From Squalus acanthias (Eukaryota): a stretch of DNA of 64,000 nucleotides. The number at the start of each line of letters is the position of its first letter. Within the stretch, counting starts at the first letter, position 1. Below are positions 12,201 to 26,979 of this stretch, piece after piece. The notes under the pieces were generated by a model. It did no database searches and was not told the origin of the DNA. It saw only the letters and a list, made by a program, of their open reading frames with translations. Location of the stretch: NCBI GenBank assembly GCA_030390025.1, contig CM059431.1:97962001-98026000 (forward strand), in the 5' to 3' direction. The translations under genes were made by a program, and so were the position numbers.

Positions 12201-15200
12201 GGTCATGTCTTTCCCTTGCTGGACAGCGACAGTTTCCACTGCCAAATTTATATATTTGATTTAAACACAGTTAGATATGCCAAGTGAAGTTTTAAGCTGC
12301 ACATCAGAACAACAACAACAACAATTTGCATTTATATAGCCCTCGGGCCAGAGTTCAAGAAGGTCATGAGGCTGAAGAGCGGCCTAGGTCACCAGGAGTG
12401 GTTGGCTATGGCTGGAGGTCAAAGGGTCAGGCAGAAGGTCAGGTCCAGGTTAACGGTGTCCATCGGCCCAAAGTGTGGCCGAGGCACCAAAGCCGCTGGG
12501 TCAAAGTTCCTGGGGGGTCAAAGGGCTGAGGTTAGGGAAAATTGCAGCAGGATTTCGGGGCTGTTGGGGTGAAGTGGTGCAGGGTTGTGATTCAGCCATG
12601 TCGCTCAGAAAAATTAGGAGAGAGTGGAGGACATTAAATTATTTTTGTTAAGAAGGTGGACAACAGTAACAGCTGTGGCTCAGTGGGCGGCACTCCAGCC
12701 CGAGTCACAGGGTCATGGGTTCAAAGTCCCACTCCAGAGACTTGAGCACAGAATCCAGGCTGACACTCCAGTGCAGTACTGAGGGAGCGCCGCACTGTCG
12801 GAGGGGCAGTACTGAGGGAGTGCCGCACTGTCGGAGGGGCAGTACTGAGGGAGCGCTGCACTGTCGGAGGGGCAGTACTGAGGGAGTGCTGCACTGTCGG
12901 AGGGGCAGTACTGAGGGAGCGCTGCACTGTCAGAGGGGCAGTACTGAGGGAGCGCTGCACTGTCAGAGGGTCAGTACTGAGGGAGCGCCGCACTGTTGGA
13001 GGGGCAGTACTGAGGGAGCGCCGCACTGTCGGAAGGGCAGTGCTGAGGGAGCGCCGCACTGTTGGAGGGGCAGTACTGAGGGAGCGCTGCACTGTTGGAG
13101 GGGCAGTACTGAGGGAGCGCCGCACTGTCGGAGGGGCAGTACTGAGGGAGCGCCGCACTGTCGGAGGGGCAGTACTGAGGGAGTGCTGCACTGTCGGAGG
13201 GGCAGTACTGAGGGAGCGCTGCACTGTCAGAGGAGCTGTACTGAGGGAGGACTGCACTGTCTGAGATGCCGTCTTTCGGATGAGACGTTAAACAGAGGCC
13301 CCGTTTGCTCTCTCAGGTGATCGTAAAAGATCTCATGGCACTATTTGAAGAAGAGGAGGGCTGTCCTGAACCAATATTTATCCTGCAACCAACATCACTG
13401 AAAAAGATGATCTGATTGGGAACTTGCTGTGTGCACACTGACATTACAGCAGTGGTCGCTGCTCAACAGTGGCTGTGAAGAGCTTTGGGATGGTGTGGAA
13501 TGCACTATATAAATGCAAATTCTCTCTCCTTTCTTTCTTAAAAGCACTTAATTTTAATTTCCTTTACTAAGGTGTCGAATGGTGAATATTAGGAACTGCA
13601 GTGAAAGTTTAAAATAGCAGATTAGCGATAGTGGACGGATGGTAAAGTGAGTCCCACTTAAAAAAATGAGTCACGTAACGTTTCACCCACAGGTGTAATA
13701 CCACAGTAGATAAGATAGAAGCTGCAACACTTACTGGAGTCCCAGGTACTCCAAATGGCCCCGGCGCCCCTTCATCTCCCAACTGACCCGTCACACCGTA
13801 TCTCCCAGGATAGCCCGGGACTCCTACAGGACCTGGTGGACCAGCGGGAGCAGCATCCTCCATAATGCAAGCGCAATGACCTGCTTCACCTGCAGGGAAA
13901 TAGAGGGAAGAGAGACCATGAGGAAAGAGAGGGCTGTGGTCTTGAGGTTGAGTTATAGCAGCTTCAGTGCACGAATGTCTATGTTGTGTTCCTCAGTGCG
14001 CTTTCGATGGAGGAGTCCACTGTCATTTCGACGATGCGCCCATTAAAAGGGATTCAGGGTGCAGAGCTCTGGGTGGCCGGAACACTTGTTAGGAGTTTGC
14101 GGACAGCGGTCAGCGGTCTCGAGCCGTAAGCTGTATGATTTCCCAGTGATTGATGATTAACGGACGGAAGAATGCGCAAAGTGTGAATCGGGGGCAATGA
14201 CCTCTGACCACGAATGCCATCGCACAAAGACCGAGAACAATGCGTAAAATCAACCCTTTACTATGAACACATTGGGACTGATATTCAACCCTCCATTGGT
14301 GGAAATGAGGCGGCAGTGTAGTCCTTACCAGCCCCCTTCCCTCAGATGCCATTTTGGTTGGGACCATGAAACTGAGCTCATCCAGAATTCTGTTACCCGT
14401 GTCCTAACTCATACCGAGTCCCGTTCACCCATCACCCCGTGCTCGCTGACCTACTTTGGCTCCCGGTCCGGCAACACCTCGATTTTAAAATTCCCATCCT
14501 CGTGTTCAAATCCCTCCATGGCCTCGCCCCTCCCTATCTCTGTAACCTCCTCCAGCCCCACAACCCTCCGCGATCTCTGCGCTCCTCCAATTCTGGCCTC
14601 TTGAGCGTCCCCGATTTTCATCGCTCCACCATTGGCGGCCGTGCCTTCAGCTGCCGAGGTCCTAAGCTCTGGAATTCCCTCCCTAAACCTCTCTGTCTCT
14701 CTACCTCTCTCTCTTCACGCTCCTTAAAACCGACCTCTATGACCAAGCTTTTGGTCACGTGTCCTAATATCTCCTTATATGGCTCTGCCATGCTTTTGTC
14801 TGATTACGCTTCTGTGAAGCGCCTTGGGACGTTTTACTATGTTAAAAGTGCTATAAAGTTGCAAGTTGGAAACTAGCAACATTCGCCTATGTGAATCGTG
14901 GTCCTATGATGTCAGTCGGACTCCGATGCAAATTTTGAAGTACCAATCAGCGAGTGTTACATAGAAACATAGAAACATAGAAAATAGGTGCAGGAGTAGA
15001 CCATTCGGTCCTTCGAGCCTGCACCGCCATTCAATGCGTTCATGGCTGAACATGCTACCTCAGTACCCCATTCCTGCTTTCTCGCCATACCCCTTGATCC
15101 CCCTAGTTGTGAGTATTATATCTAACTCCCTTTTGAATATATTTAGCGAACTGGCCTCAACAACCTTCTGTGGTAGAGAATTCCACAGATTCACCACTCT

Positions 15201-18200
15201 CTGGGTGAAGAAGTTCCTCCTTATCTCAGTCTTAAATGGCTTCCCCTTTATCCTTAGACTGTGACCCCTGGTTTTAGTTTTCCCTAACATTGGAAACATT
15301 CTGCTCGCATCTAATTTGTCTAAACCAGTCAGGATTTTAAACGTCTCTATAAGATCCCCCCTCATTCTTCTGAACTCCAGAGGATACAAGTTCAGTTGAT
15401 CCAGTCTTTCTTGATATGTCAGTCTGGCCATCCCAGGAATCAATCTAGTGAACCTTCGTTGCACTCCCTCAATAGCAAGAATGTCCTTCCTCAAGTTAGG
15501 AGACCAAAACTGCACACAATACTCCAGGTGTGGCCTCACCAAGGCCCTGTACAACTGTAGCATCACCTCCCTACTCCTGTACTCAAATCCCCTTGCTATG
15601 AAGGCCATCATGCCATTTGCTTTCTTGACTGCCTGCTGCACTTGCCTTCCCACCTTCAGTGACTGATGTACCATGACGCCCAGGTCTCGTTGCACCTCCC
15701 CTTTCCCTAATCTGCCACCATTCAGGTAATAGTCTGCCTCCCTATTTTTACCACCAAAGTGGATAACCTCACATTTATCCACATTGTACTTCATCTGCCA
15801 TACATTTGCCCATTCACCCAACCTGTCCAAGTCACTCTGTAGCCTCCTAGCATCCTCCTCATTGTTCACACTGCCTCCCAATTTAGTGTCATCCGCAAAT
15901 TTGGAGATATTACAATTAATCCCTTCGTCCAAATCATTAATATATAATGTAAACAGCTGGGGCCCCAGCACCGAACCCTGCGGTACCCCGCTGGTCACTG
16001 CCTGCCATTCTGAAAAGTACCCATTTACTCCTACTCTTTGTTTCCTGTGTGCCAACCATTCTCCATCCACGTCAACACATTACCCCCAATCCCATGTGCT
16101 TTAACTTTGCACACCAATCTCTTGTGTGGGACCTTGTCGAAGGCCTTCTGAAAGTCCAAATACACCACATCTACTGGTTCCCCCCTGTCCACCCTATTGG
16201 AAACATCCTCAAAAAATTCCAGAAGATTTGTCAAGCATGATTTCCCTATCACAAATCCATGCTGACTTGGACCTAGCATGTCGCCACTTTCCAAATGGTC
16301 TGTTATGACATCTTTAATAATTGATTCCATCATTTTACCCACCACCGATGTCAGGCTGACCGGTCTATAATTCCCTGCTTTCTCCCTCCCTCCTTTTTTA
16401 AAAAGAGGGGTTACATTAGCCACCCTCCACTCCTTCGGAACTGATCCAGAGTCTAAGGAATGTTGGAAAATGATCGTCAATGCATCCACTATTTCCAAGG
16501 CCACTTCCTTAAGTACTCTGGGATGCAGACCATCAGGCCCTGGGGATTTATCAGCCTTCAGTCCCATCAATTTCCCCAACACCTTTTCCCGACTGATAAG
16601 GATTTCCCTCAGCTCCTCCCTCTTACCAGATCCTTTGATCTCTTTTATTTCCGGAAGGTTGTTTGTGTCCTCCACAGTAAACACTGAACCAAAGTACTTG
16701 TTCAATTGATCTGCCATTTCTTTGTTCCCCATTATGACTTCCCCTGTTTCTGACTGCAGGGGACCTACGTTTGTTTTTACTAACCTCTTTCTTTTTACAT
16801 ATTTATAGAAGCTGTTGCAGTCCGTTTTAATGTTCTCCGCAAGCTTCCTTTCATATTTTATTTTCCCTGCCCTAATCAAACCCTTCGTTCTCCTCTGCTG
16901 AGTTTTAAAGTTCTCCCAGTCCCCGGGTTTGCTGCTACTTCTGGCCAATTTGTATGCCACTTCCTTGCTTTTAATACTATCCCTGATTTCCCTTGTTAGC
17001 CATGGTTGAGCCACCTTCCCTTTTTTATTTTTACGCCAGACAGGGATGTACAATTGCTGTAGTTCATCCATGCGATCTCTAAATGTCTGCCATTGCCCTT
17101 TCACTGATAACCCCTTAAATATCGCTTGCCAATCTAACCTCGCCAATTCACGCCTCATACCCTCAAAGTTGCCTTTATTTAAGTTCTGGACCATGGTCTC
17201 TGAATTAACTGTTTCCTTCTCCATCCTAATGTAGAACTCCACCATACTATGGTCACTCTTCCCCAAGGGGCCTCGCACCACAAGATCGCTGATTAGTCCT
17301 TCCTCATTACACAACACCCAGTCCAGGATGGCCTCCCCTCTAGTTGGTTCCTCAACATATTGGTTTAGGAAACCATCCCTTAAACACTCCAGGAAATCCT
17401 CCTCCACCGTATTGCTTCCAGTTTGAGTAGCCCAATCTATATGCATATTAAAGTCACCCATGATAACTGCTGCGCCTTTTTTGCCGTGCACTCTCTCCCC
17501 ATTGGTACTTGGTGTAGAGCAGCCTGACCAGCAGTCCTTAAAGGGCCGCTACAGACCACTCAAAAAAGTAAAGCAAAATAAAGAAGTTTTTAAATGACTT
17601 AATGCTTCTCCTAGCCCCAACAGAAATTGACCCTCTTCTCTGCCTGATATGCGTCACATCCTCATTTTCTGCTCATTGATCAGTGAAAATTAGACCTTGT
17701 GGAAACAGAACGAATGATGAGTGAGACAGGGACAGACAGCAAATCTGTGAATAAATAGAGAGAAGTAAAGGGGTAGAGATCGACCAGGCTCATCTGGCTA
17801 CACAGGGGTTCGGGCTAGAGTGGGCTGCAGTATCGAGGCTGACCTGTTGTTGCCCCCCCCCCTCCGTGTCTAGTGGGGTTCTGTCCCAGCATCCAAACCC
17901 CACAATTCCTGCCCTCAGGAGCACAAGGAATCAACAGGCCATCAGCAATGGGAATCTGGCTCTTTAAAACTGTCCCTGTCCAAAAACATTTTTATTGCCT
18001 GTACAGTTATTTGGATCTGATTGATTTTATGTTTGTAGGTATCGGGTTTTAATGAAATTCGATACTTAAAGCGGCAGCATCTTTATTAAAAACAAATGCT
18101 TGTGATGGTGAAGTTGGTCTGGAAGAATTCTTTGCCGTTACTTTTTAAAGATGTCTCTCACACTCTCTCACACAGTTACCTCGAGCATTGCTCACTTAAT

Positions 18201-21200
18201 TAACCATTAGAGAGACGTGGTTGCAAGGTGACCAAGGTGACCAAGGCTGGGAACTGAATATTCAGGGATATTTGACATTTCAGAAGGATAGGCAGAAAGG
18301 AAAAGGAGGTGGGGTAGCTCTGTTAATAAAGGATGAGATCAGTGCAGTGGTGAGAAATGATATTGGCTTGGAAGATCAAGATGTTGAATCAGTTTGGGTG
18401 GAGATAAGAAATAGTAAGGGTAAGAAGTCACTGGTGGGAGTAGTATATAGGCCCCCTAACAGTAGCTATACTGTAGGACAGAGTATAAATCAAGAAATAA
18501 TGGGGGCTTGTAAGAAAGGTACGGCTATAATCATGGGCGATTTTAATCATCATATAGATTGAACAAATCAAATTGGCAAGGGTAGCCTTGAGGACGAGTT
18601 CATAGAGTGTATTCGGGATGGTTTCTTAGAGCAATACGTTGAAGAACCAACCAGGGAGCAGGCTATTTTAGATCTGGTAATGTGTAATGAGACAGGATTA
18701 ATTAATGATCTCATAGTAAAGGATCCCCTAGGAAAGAGTGATCATAGCATGGTAGAATTTCAAATTCAGTTTGAGGGCGAGAAAACCTTAACCCTAAACT
18801 TAAATAAAGGCAATTACAAGGGTATGAGGATAGAGTTGGCTAAAGTGGACTGGGAAAATAGATTAAAGGGTAAGACAGTAGATCAGCAGTGGCAGACATT
18901 TAAGGAGATATTTCATAAATCTCAGCAAAGGTATATTCCAGTGAGAAAGAAAGGCTCTACGAGAAGGATGCACCATCCATGGCTAACTAAGGAAGTTAAG
19001 GATGGTATCAAATTGAAAGAAAAGGCATACAATATTGCGAAGATTAGTGGTAGGCCAGAGGATTGGGAAATTTTTTAGAAACCAGCAAAGGATGACTAAA
19101 AAAACTATAAAGAGGGAGAAGATAGATTATGAGAGTAAACTAGCAAATAATATAAAAACAGACAGTAAGAGCTTCTACAGGTATATAAAAAGGAAGTGAG
19201 TAGATAAAGTAAACGTTGGTCCCTTAGAGGATGAGACTGGGGAATTAATAATGGGAAATGGAGAAATGGCAGAGACTCTAAACAATTATTTTGGGCCGGT
19301 CTTCACAGTAGAAGACACTAAAACAACCCAATAATAATAGATAATCAAGGGGCTATAGGGAGGGAGGAACTTAAAACAATCTCTATCACTAGAGGAAAAG
19401 TACTAGGCAAAGTAATGGGGCTAAAGGCTGACAAGTCCCCTGGACCCGATGGCCTGCATCCTAGGGCCTTAAAAGAAGTGGCTGCAGAGATAGTGGATGC
19501 GTTGGTTGTAATCTACTAAAATTCCCTGGATTCTGGAGAGGTCCCAGCGGATTGGAAAACCGCAAATGTAACGCCACTATTCAAGAAAGGAGGGAGACAG
19601 AAAGCAGGAAACTATAGGCCAGTTAGCCTAACATCTGTCATTGGGAAAATGCTGGAATCCATTATTAAGGAGGTAATAGCAGGACATTTAGAAAAACATA
19701 AGACAATCAAGCAGAATCAACATGGTTTTATGAAAGGGAAATCGTGTTTGACAAATTTGCTAGAGTTCTTTGAAGATGTAACAAACAGGGTGGATAAAAG
19801 GGAACCAGTAGATGTAGTGTATTTGGATTTCCAGAAGGCATTCAATAAATTGCCACGTAAAAGGTTACTGCACAAGATAAGAGCGCACGGGGTTGGGGGT
19901 AATATATTGGCATGGATAGGGGATTGGCTAACTAACAGAAAACAGAGTCGGGATAAATGGGTCATTTTCCAGTTGGCAATCAGTAACTAGTGGGGTGCCA
20001 CAGGGATCAGTGCTGGGGCCTCAACTATTTACAATCTATATTAATGACTTGGATGAAGGGACCGTGTGTACTGTAGCCAAATTTGCTGATGATACAAAGA
20101 TAGGTGGGTTAGCAAGTTGTGAGGAGGACACAAAGAGTCTGCAAAGGGATATACAGGAACAGCACCTCATCTTTCGTTTAGGCACGCTACAGCCCTCTGG
20201 ACTCAATATCGAGTTCAACAATTTTAGATCATAACCTTAGCCCCATCACATTTATATTTTATTTTCTCATCCACCCTTTTATTTGCCCCCCCCTTTTTTT
20301 TTCCTCCTAGAAGCTGGCAGCTGTCCTTCATTCTGCCAGTGCATTTCACACTTCTTTCAGCCTTAACCTGTCACATTAACACCACCTCTTGCCTTGAATA
20401 TCTCTTAATGTCTCTCAATGTCTCTTAATGTCTCTTAATCTCTCCTTTTGTTCTTTTATCCCCTCCCCCTTTCCCCAGCTTTATCCTTGCTTTAAATCTA
20501 TTTGATTTCCTGCTGTCTCCAGTTCTGATGAAAGGTCTTCGACCTGAAACGTTAACTCTGTTTCTCTCTCCACGGATGCTGCCTCGCCTGCTGAGTTTTT
20601 CCAGCGTTTTCTGTTGTTATTTCGGATTTCCAGCATCTGCAGTATTTTGCTATCATACAGGAAACTCTTGTTTAACCGGCACCTAAATATCTGGAATTCT
20701 CTCTTAACCGGCAAAAATCATCCTCCGAAAACTCCTCTCAAATAACCGGCAATGTTGCCGAGTCGCAGTCCGAGTCTCCCGCGAACGCCGAGTACTCCGA
20801 GTACTCCTCTCAAATAACCGGCAATGTTGCCGAGTCCGAGCCCGAGCCCGCGAACGCCGAGTTAGTCAGTGGGGGCTAGTTCTCCAAGGTGCCACTACTC
20901 GGCCTCCTGGTGCTGTCGGAAGTCCGAACACTGCAGTAACAGGAGTCTGATTCTCCCACGCTGCCGGGAGTCTCTTCTGATCGGCCATTTTGCTGTGTGT
21001 CTCCCACACTGCTGGTACTGTAGTCTCTTCTGATACACCATTTTACTGTGTGTCTGCCACGCTGCTGGTAGTCTCTTCCTAGCCACCATTGTTCTGTGTG
21101 TCTTTCCATCTTCATCGGCAATTATCTCCTCCATCTTGCATTATGGAATTTCCAAAAGCTGGTCCAAGCAAAAGGAAGAGAGTGGTCTTAACTTTAAAAC

Positions 21201-24200
21201 AGAAAATCAAGATATGCCAACGACTAGAAAGGGGAGAGAAGCGTATCAACATTATGAATGAATTCAAAATCGGTTCGTCAACAATCTACGACATCAAATC
21301 GCAGAAGGATAAGCTGCTCAAGTTTTATTCAAGCTCGGAGACATCTAAGAGTGTAGAGAAACGGCGTATGCTTCGTAAGCCTAAGCTTGAAGAGCTGGAT
21401 ACCGTGCTTTTGAATGGTTTTCTCTTAAGCGTTCAGAGGGTGTTCCAATTTCCGGACCCATGCTAATCGAGAAAGCGAAGGATTTCTATGAAAGGATGGA
21501 GTTCACTGACAAGTGTGCTTTCTCCGAGGGATGGCTAACGTGTTTCAAGTTACGGCACGGGATACGACGACTCGATATTTCCGGGGAGAAGAAATCAGCT
21601 GATCACGACGCCGCAGAAGAATACTGCGATTATTTCAATCGGATTGTGCAGCAACATGATTTGTCGCCAGCACAGTTATACAATGCCGATGAAACTGGCT
21701 TGTTTTGGAGGTTTTTGCCAGAATCAACGCTTGCTGGGGCTAGTGAGGCTAATGCTTCAGGTTACAAGAAAAATAAAGATCGTGTAACCATGCTAACATG
21801 TGCGAACGCCGCTGGATCACACCGGGTTAAACTTCTTGTTATCGGGAAGTATAAAAATCCCCATGCATTTAAAAATGTGAGGCACTTACCTGTTGAGTAC
21901 AAAGCTCCAAAAAATGCTTGGATGGATAAAGAAATCTTCTCCGATAGGTTCCATCATATTTTTGTTCCATCTGTGAGGGAACATTTCCGTAAAATAGGGA
22001 AACCTGAAGATAGCAAATGCATTTTATTGCTTGATAATTGTAGAGCCCATCCGAATGAATCCGAGTTGGTTTCGGGAAATATTTTCACCATTTATTTGCC
22101 ACCAAATGTAACTTCTCTCATCCAACCCATGGACCAGGGCGTTATCCAAAATCTGAAGTGTCATTACAAGAAAAACTTCCTACGTAAACTGATAAGCCAA
22201 GATGACAATATTCAAGAATTTCAGAAGGAATACAATATTAAAGATGCCATCTATAATGTTGCATGTTCCTGGAACTTTGTGAAAGGTCACACTCTGAGGC
22301 AAGCCTGGTGCAAATTGTGGTCTTCTGTAATGTTTGCTGAAGGTTCTTCTTCAGAGGAGGAATTTCATGGGTTCAATGTTCGTCCCAAGAAGAGTACAAT
22401 AATGGAAATGGCTGGCATGGTGAAAAATGCAGGCCCAGCAAACCCTTTACATCACCTCAGTGAAAGTGATATCGAGCAGTGGGTTGATGCAGATAGAGAA
22501 GTTGGTGTTGTGCATATGCTAAGTGATGATGAAATAATTGAGAATGTTTTGAATCCAAAGAAAGAAAAGGAAAGTGAGATGGAAAGTGAAGAGGATGATA
22601 TTTCTGAAGAAGAGAAGATTTCTTGGGCTAAAGCTGCAGAAGGATTATCGACATTCCTCAAATTTGCTGAAAGGCAGACTTGCTACTCTGCCCAAGAAGT
22701 TATGCAACTCCATATTCTGCATTCCACCTTTCTACAGAAAAGGCAAGAGTCCACTAAGCAAACCGACATCCGCAACATGTTTAAGAAAGCTTCCAAAAGA
22801 GTCGCAGCAGCGGAAGTGCCTGAAGAATCTGTGGCATCTGTGGAACTGCATGATCCTGATGACCCAGCTGGCACGGATATTCCTGATGAACCAGATGACT
22901 CGGAATAAGTGTACAGTCAACTACAGTACTGTATACAGTCATTTATAAGTTTTGTTTTACTGTTAAGTAATTAAAGAGTTATGGATTACCCTCAACTGGC
23001 AGTACTGTACTTAATCAAGCATCTTCCACCATCCATTTAACACAACATTCTGTAGGTGAGAACCCAAATACTGTATACTGCACATTTCTTGATTTTTTTT
23101 ATTTTTCTTTGTTAAAAATAGCCTCGGTAGATATAACTCTCCGTTATCCAGAACTTTCGATCAACTGGCACCACGCCGGTCCCATCGGTGCCGGATACCA
23201 AAGAGTTTCCTGTAGATAGGTTAAGTGAGTGGGCAAAAATTTGGCAGATGGAGTACAATGTGGGAAAATGTGAGGTTATCCACTTTGGAAGGAAGAATGA
23301 AAAAGCAAATTATTATTTAAATGGAGTGAGACTACAAAATACTGCGGTACAAAGGGATCTGGGGGGTCCTAGTACATGAAACACAAAGTTAGCATGCAGG
23401 TACAGCAAGTAATTAGGAAGGCTAATGGAATGTTGGCCTTTATTGCAAGGGGTATGGAGCATAAAAGTAGGGAAGTTTTGATGCAACTTTACAGGGCGCT
23501 GGTGAGACCGCACCTGGAGTACTGCGTACAGTTTTGGTCTCCATATTTAAGGAAGGATATACTTGCATTGGAGGCAGTGCAGAGAAGGTTCATGAGGTTG
23601 GTTCCTGGGATGAAGGGGTTGATGTATGACAAAAGGTTGAGCAGGTTGGGCCTATACTCATTGGAGTTTAGAAGAATGAAAGGTGATCTTATTGAAATAT
23701 ATAAGATTCTGAGGGGGATTGACAGGGTGGATGCTGAGAGGATGTTTCCCCAAGTGGGGGCATCTAGAACTAGGGGGCATAGTTTCAGAATAAGGTGTCG
23801 CCCATTTAAGACAGAGATGAGGAGGAATTTCTTCTCTCAGAGGGTCGTGAATCTTTGGAATTCTCTACCCCGGAGAGCTGTGGAGGCGGAGTCATTGAAT
23901 ATATTCAAAGCGGAGATTGACAGACATTTGAACCACAAGAGAGTCAAGGGGTATGGGGAGAGAGCGGGAAAGTGGTGTTGAGGCCAAGATTGGATCAGCC
24001 ATGATCTTATTGAATGGCGGAGCAGGCTCGAGGGGCCGATTGGTCGACTCCTGCTCCTGTCTCTTATGTTCTTAATCAGCTGAAACATTGTGTCCAATTC
24101 TGGGCACCGCACTTTAGGAAGGATGTCAAGGCCTTGGAGAGGGTGCAGAGGAGATTTACCAGAATGGTCCCAGGGATGAGGGACTTCAGTTACGTGGATA

Positions 24201-26764
24201 GACCAGAGAAGCTGAGATTGTTCTCCTTAGAGCAGAGAAGGTTAAGGGAAGATTTAATAGAGGTGTTCAAAATCATGGGGGGTTTTGATAGAGTAAATAA
24301 GGAGAAACTGTTTCCAGTGGCAGGAGGGTCGGTAACCAGAGGACACAGATTTAAGGTGATTGGCAAAAGAACCAGAGGGGAGATGAGGAGAATTTTTTAC
24401 ACAGCGAGTTGTTGTGATCTGGAATGCGCTGCCTGAAAGGGCGGTGGAAGCAGATTCAATAGTAACTTTCAAAAGGGAATTGGATAAATACTTGAAAAGG
24501 AAAAATTTGCAGGGCTATGGTGAAAGAGCAGAGCAGTGGGACTAATTGGCGAGCTCATTCAAAGAGCCGGCACAGGCATGATGGGCCGAATGGCCGACTT
24601 CTGTGCTGTATGATTCTATGATTCTGTAAATAAATGACAATATAGCAATTATGTTTTCGAACAAAGATGTTCCTTTAAATAGAACACTGCCTCGAAGTAC
24701 CAAGCAGATCAGTTTACGCACTACATGTGCGATCCAGACTTAAAAAGTTGGTTTGCGTCACTTACTTGCTGCGGCTTTGGTCCTGTTCCCCTCTGTATTT
24801 AAAATTCCTCCTTACCTTTGCCTCCTGTTCCTCCTCTCTGACCAGGGTATCCTCTCTGTCCTCGCCGTCCTGGATCTCCAATAAACTCTATTCGGGTAAA
24901 ACCAGACAATATATTTTCATCCCAAAGCCAAAGGGTTTAGATTTTGTTTTGAAACACTTGGCACTTTAGCGACCAGAGCGGTAACTGACCTGCGGAAGAC
25001 GCTGGCCCGGGGAGTCCGGGTGGTCCCGGTGGTCCCGATATTCCTGGAAACCCAATGAATCCAGGCTGGAGAGCTGGCAACCCCACCTCACCTTTATATC
25101 CTTTGGGTCCTGTGACCCCTGGTGAACCTTGTGGTCCCCGGAAGCCTACGAATGACACAAATTAGAACATTAATATTTAGGTGTTTCTCACCCTTGAATT
25201 CCATTGTTTGTCCCCTTTTCCCCCTCCTTTTTCCACCCCCACCCCCCCGAATGACTTTGACTCCTTGCTGGTTCTTCCCATACCAGCCACACACGGCCTG
25301 CTTGTATATCTGGGCCTCGACACTGAGTATCAGCGTTGGGAGGGGGCTGCGATCACAGATTAACCTGATGTTGACCCCTTGCATGACCCCCCCACTCGCA
25401 GATACTCCAACAGTGGGCAGGGGACATCGGTGTGCCACAAAAGACTATTCAATGTATAATATTTACAAAACAGCTTTCATGATTACACAATTAAATTGAT
25501 TTATTGAATTGCCTGTTATTGTGAAATACACAACTTTTGAAATTGCTACATTGTTTTAAACCTTATTTTGGACAGGAAAACTCCTAGTTACTGAGGGGGA
25601 AATATGGCGGCTGAAGATTTTTCCAGTCAACATTTTGAATGATTTGTGGAGAAATGGTAACAGACCCAAGGGTACTGTTACATTGAGCCACGACACACAA
25701 GCCATACACTTAACATTATGGGAGCGAAATGTGGTTGCACCCTATTTGGGGGCGGTAACCGAATTAGCGGCGGACATTTAGCGCCCAGGACGGGAGTACC
25801 GCCCCGGCCGCTAAACTGGGCTTACCGCCCCGGCGAGGAAGCAGAGCGTTATCTCGGGCGCTCCACTTCCTCTCGGGGCGGTGTCTGGGGCGCAAAGTGC
25901 AGGAGCGCCGGAGCGCTACGCGGCCACTCCACGTAGCGCTGACGTGTTTCAGCGCCCCGCCCCTTCCGTTAAAGGGGAGGGCCGCTGCGAGCTTTGCAGG
26001 CCATTTGATGGCCTCCACCAGCCCACCAAGGCGGCGTGGTGCCGTGGCCGCAGCCCGGCACTGAGACGCAGTGCTGATGGCGCGATAGCCTCAGTAGCGC
26101 TCCGCCGAAGTTCTCGGCAGGCTCTAGTAACGCCCCCGCCCAGGCGATAAGCCCGTTCGCGCCCCCCTACTATTAGAATTCCATTTTGTTCCTCTGTCGC
26201 TGAAATTTCTAATGTCCAAAATAAGCTTTCAAATAAAATATTAAAAATACATATTTCATGATAACACAATTACATTAATCTATTGAATTGCCTGTTGTGT
26301 CTTTTAATGCTTTCATAAAACAGATTATTTCAAAGCTTCAGCCTCTCTGAGCTGGGGGTGCAATTTGATCTTTTTGCCCGGAGCTGACTGCAGACCTCCA
26401 GTCTGAGCATGTGCAGTGCATCCAATTCCCCATTAAATATCATTTCTATTCAGTCATCTGCACTGATGGGATACTTTCATCTGCTTCAAAATTTTAAAAG
26501 CTTCATTCAAATAAAGTTTCTGTCGAATGTTTTCTTAAAACAGAGAGGCTGTGTGTGTGAGCGTGTATCAGAGAGTGCAAAGATTGAGTGGACTGATTTT
26601 GCACCTGTTGTGTTCCATAAACTTCAGAAATCATATTAACTTCTCTCAAACTACTTTTAATTTCTTTAAATTAATTAAAAGTTGAACTTTGAAGCATAAT
26701 GAAAACCTTTCAGCTGTGTCCGTGAGAGAGCGAGAGAGGGGGACAGAGACAGTGAGAGAGAGAC

Positions 26765-26797
<33 letters not shown>

Positions 26798-26946
26798 GAC
26801 AGAGAGAGAGAGACAGACACAGACACAGAGACAGAGAGAGTACGAGAGAGACAGAGAGAGAGAGACAGAGAGAGAGAGACAGAGAGACAGAGAGAGAGAG
26901 AGACAGAGAGAGAGAGGCAGAGAGAGAGAGACAGAGAGAGAGAGAC

Positions 26947-26979
<33 letters not shown>

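Larger units (their letters stand above)
18204..24072 (+). mobile_element. CR1 LINE interrupted by Tigger and Penelope (pieces 18204-20153 and 23213-24072)
   Basis: EN and RT motifs; LQRDI / DRLSEW joins across the insertion. Confidence 0.93.

Noticed and set aside
12670..12745. tRNA gene (A and B boxes; also 45200, 47990, 51670)
   Set aside because: These are SINE heads running into Deu cores; no full cloverleaf evident.
21143..22908. Domesticated JRKL/TIGD gene
   Set aside because: Has TIRs and TA flanks, sits inside a CR1 and carries a frameshift, so it is a transposon copy.
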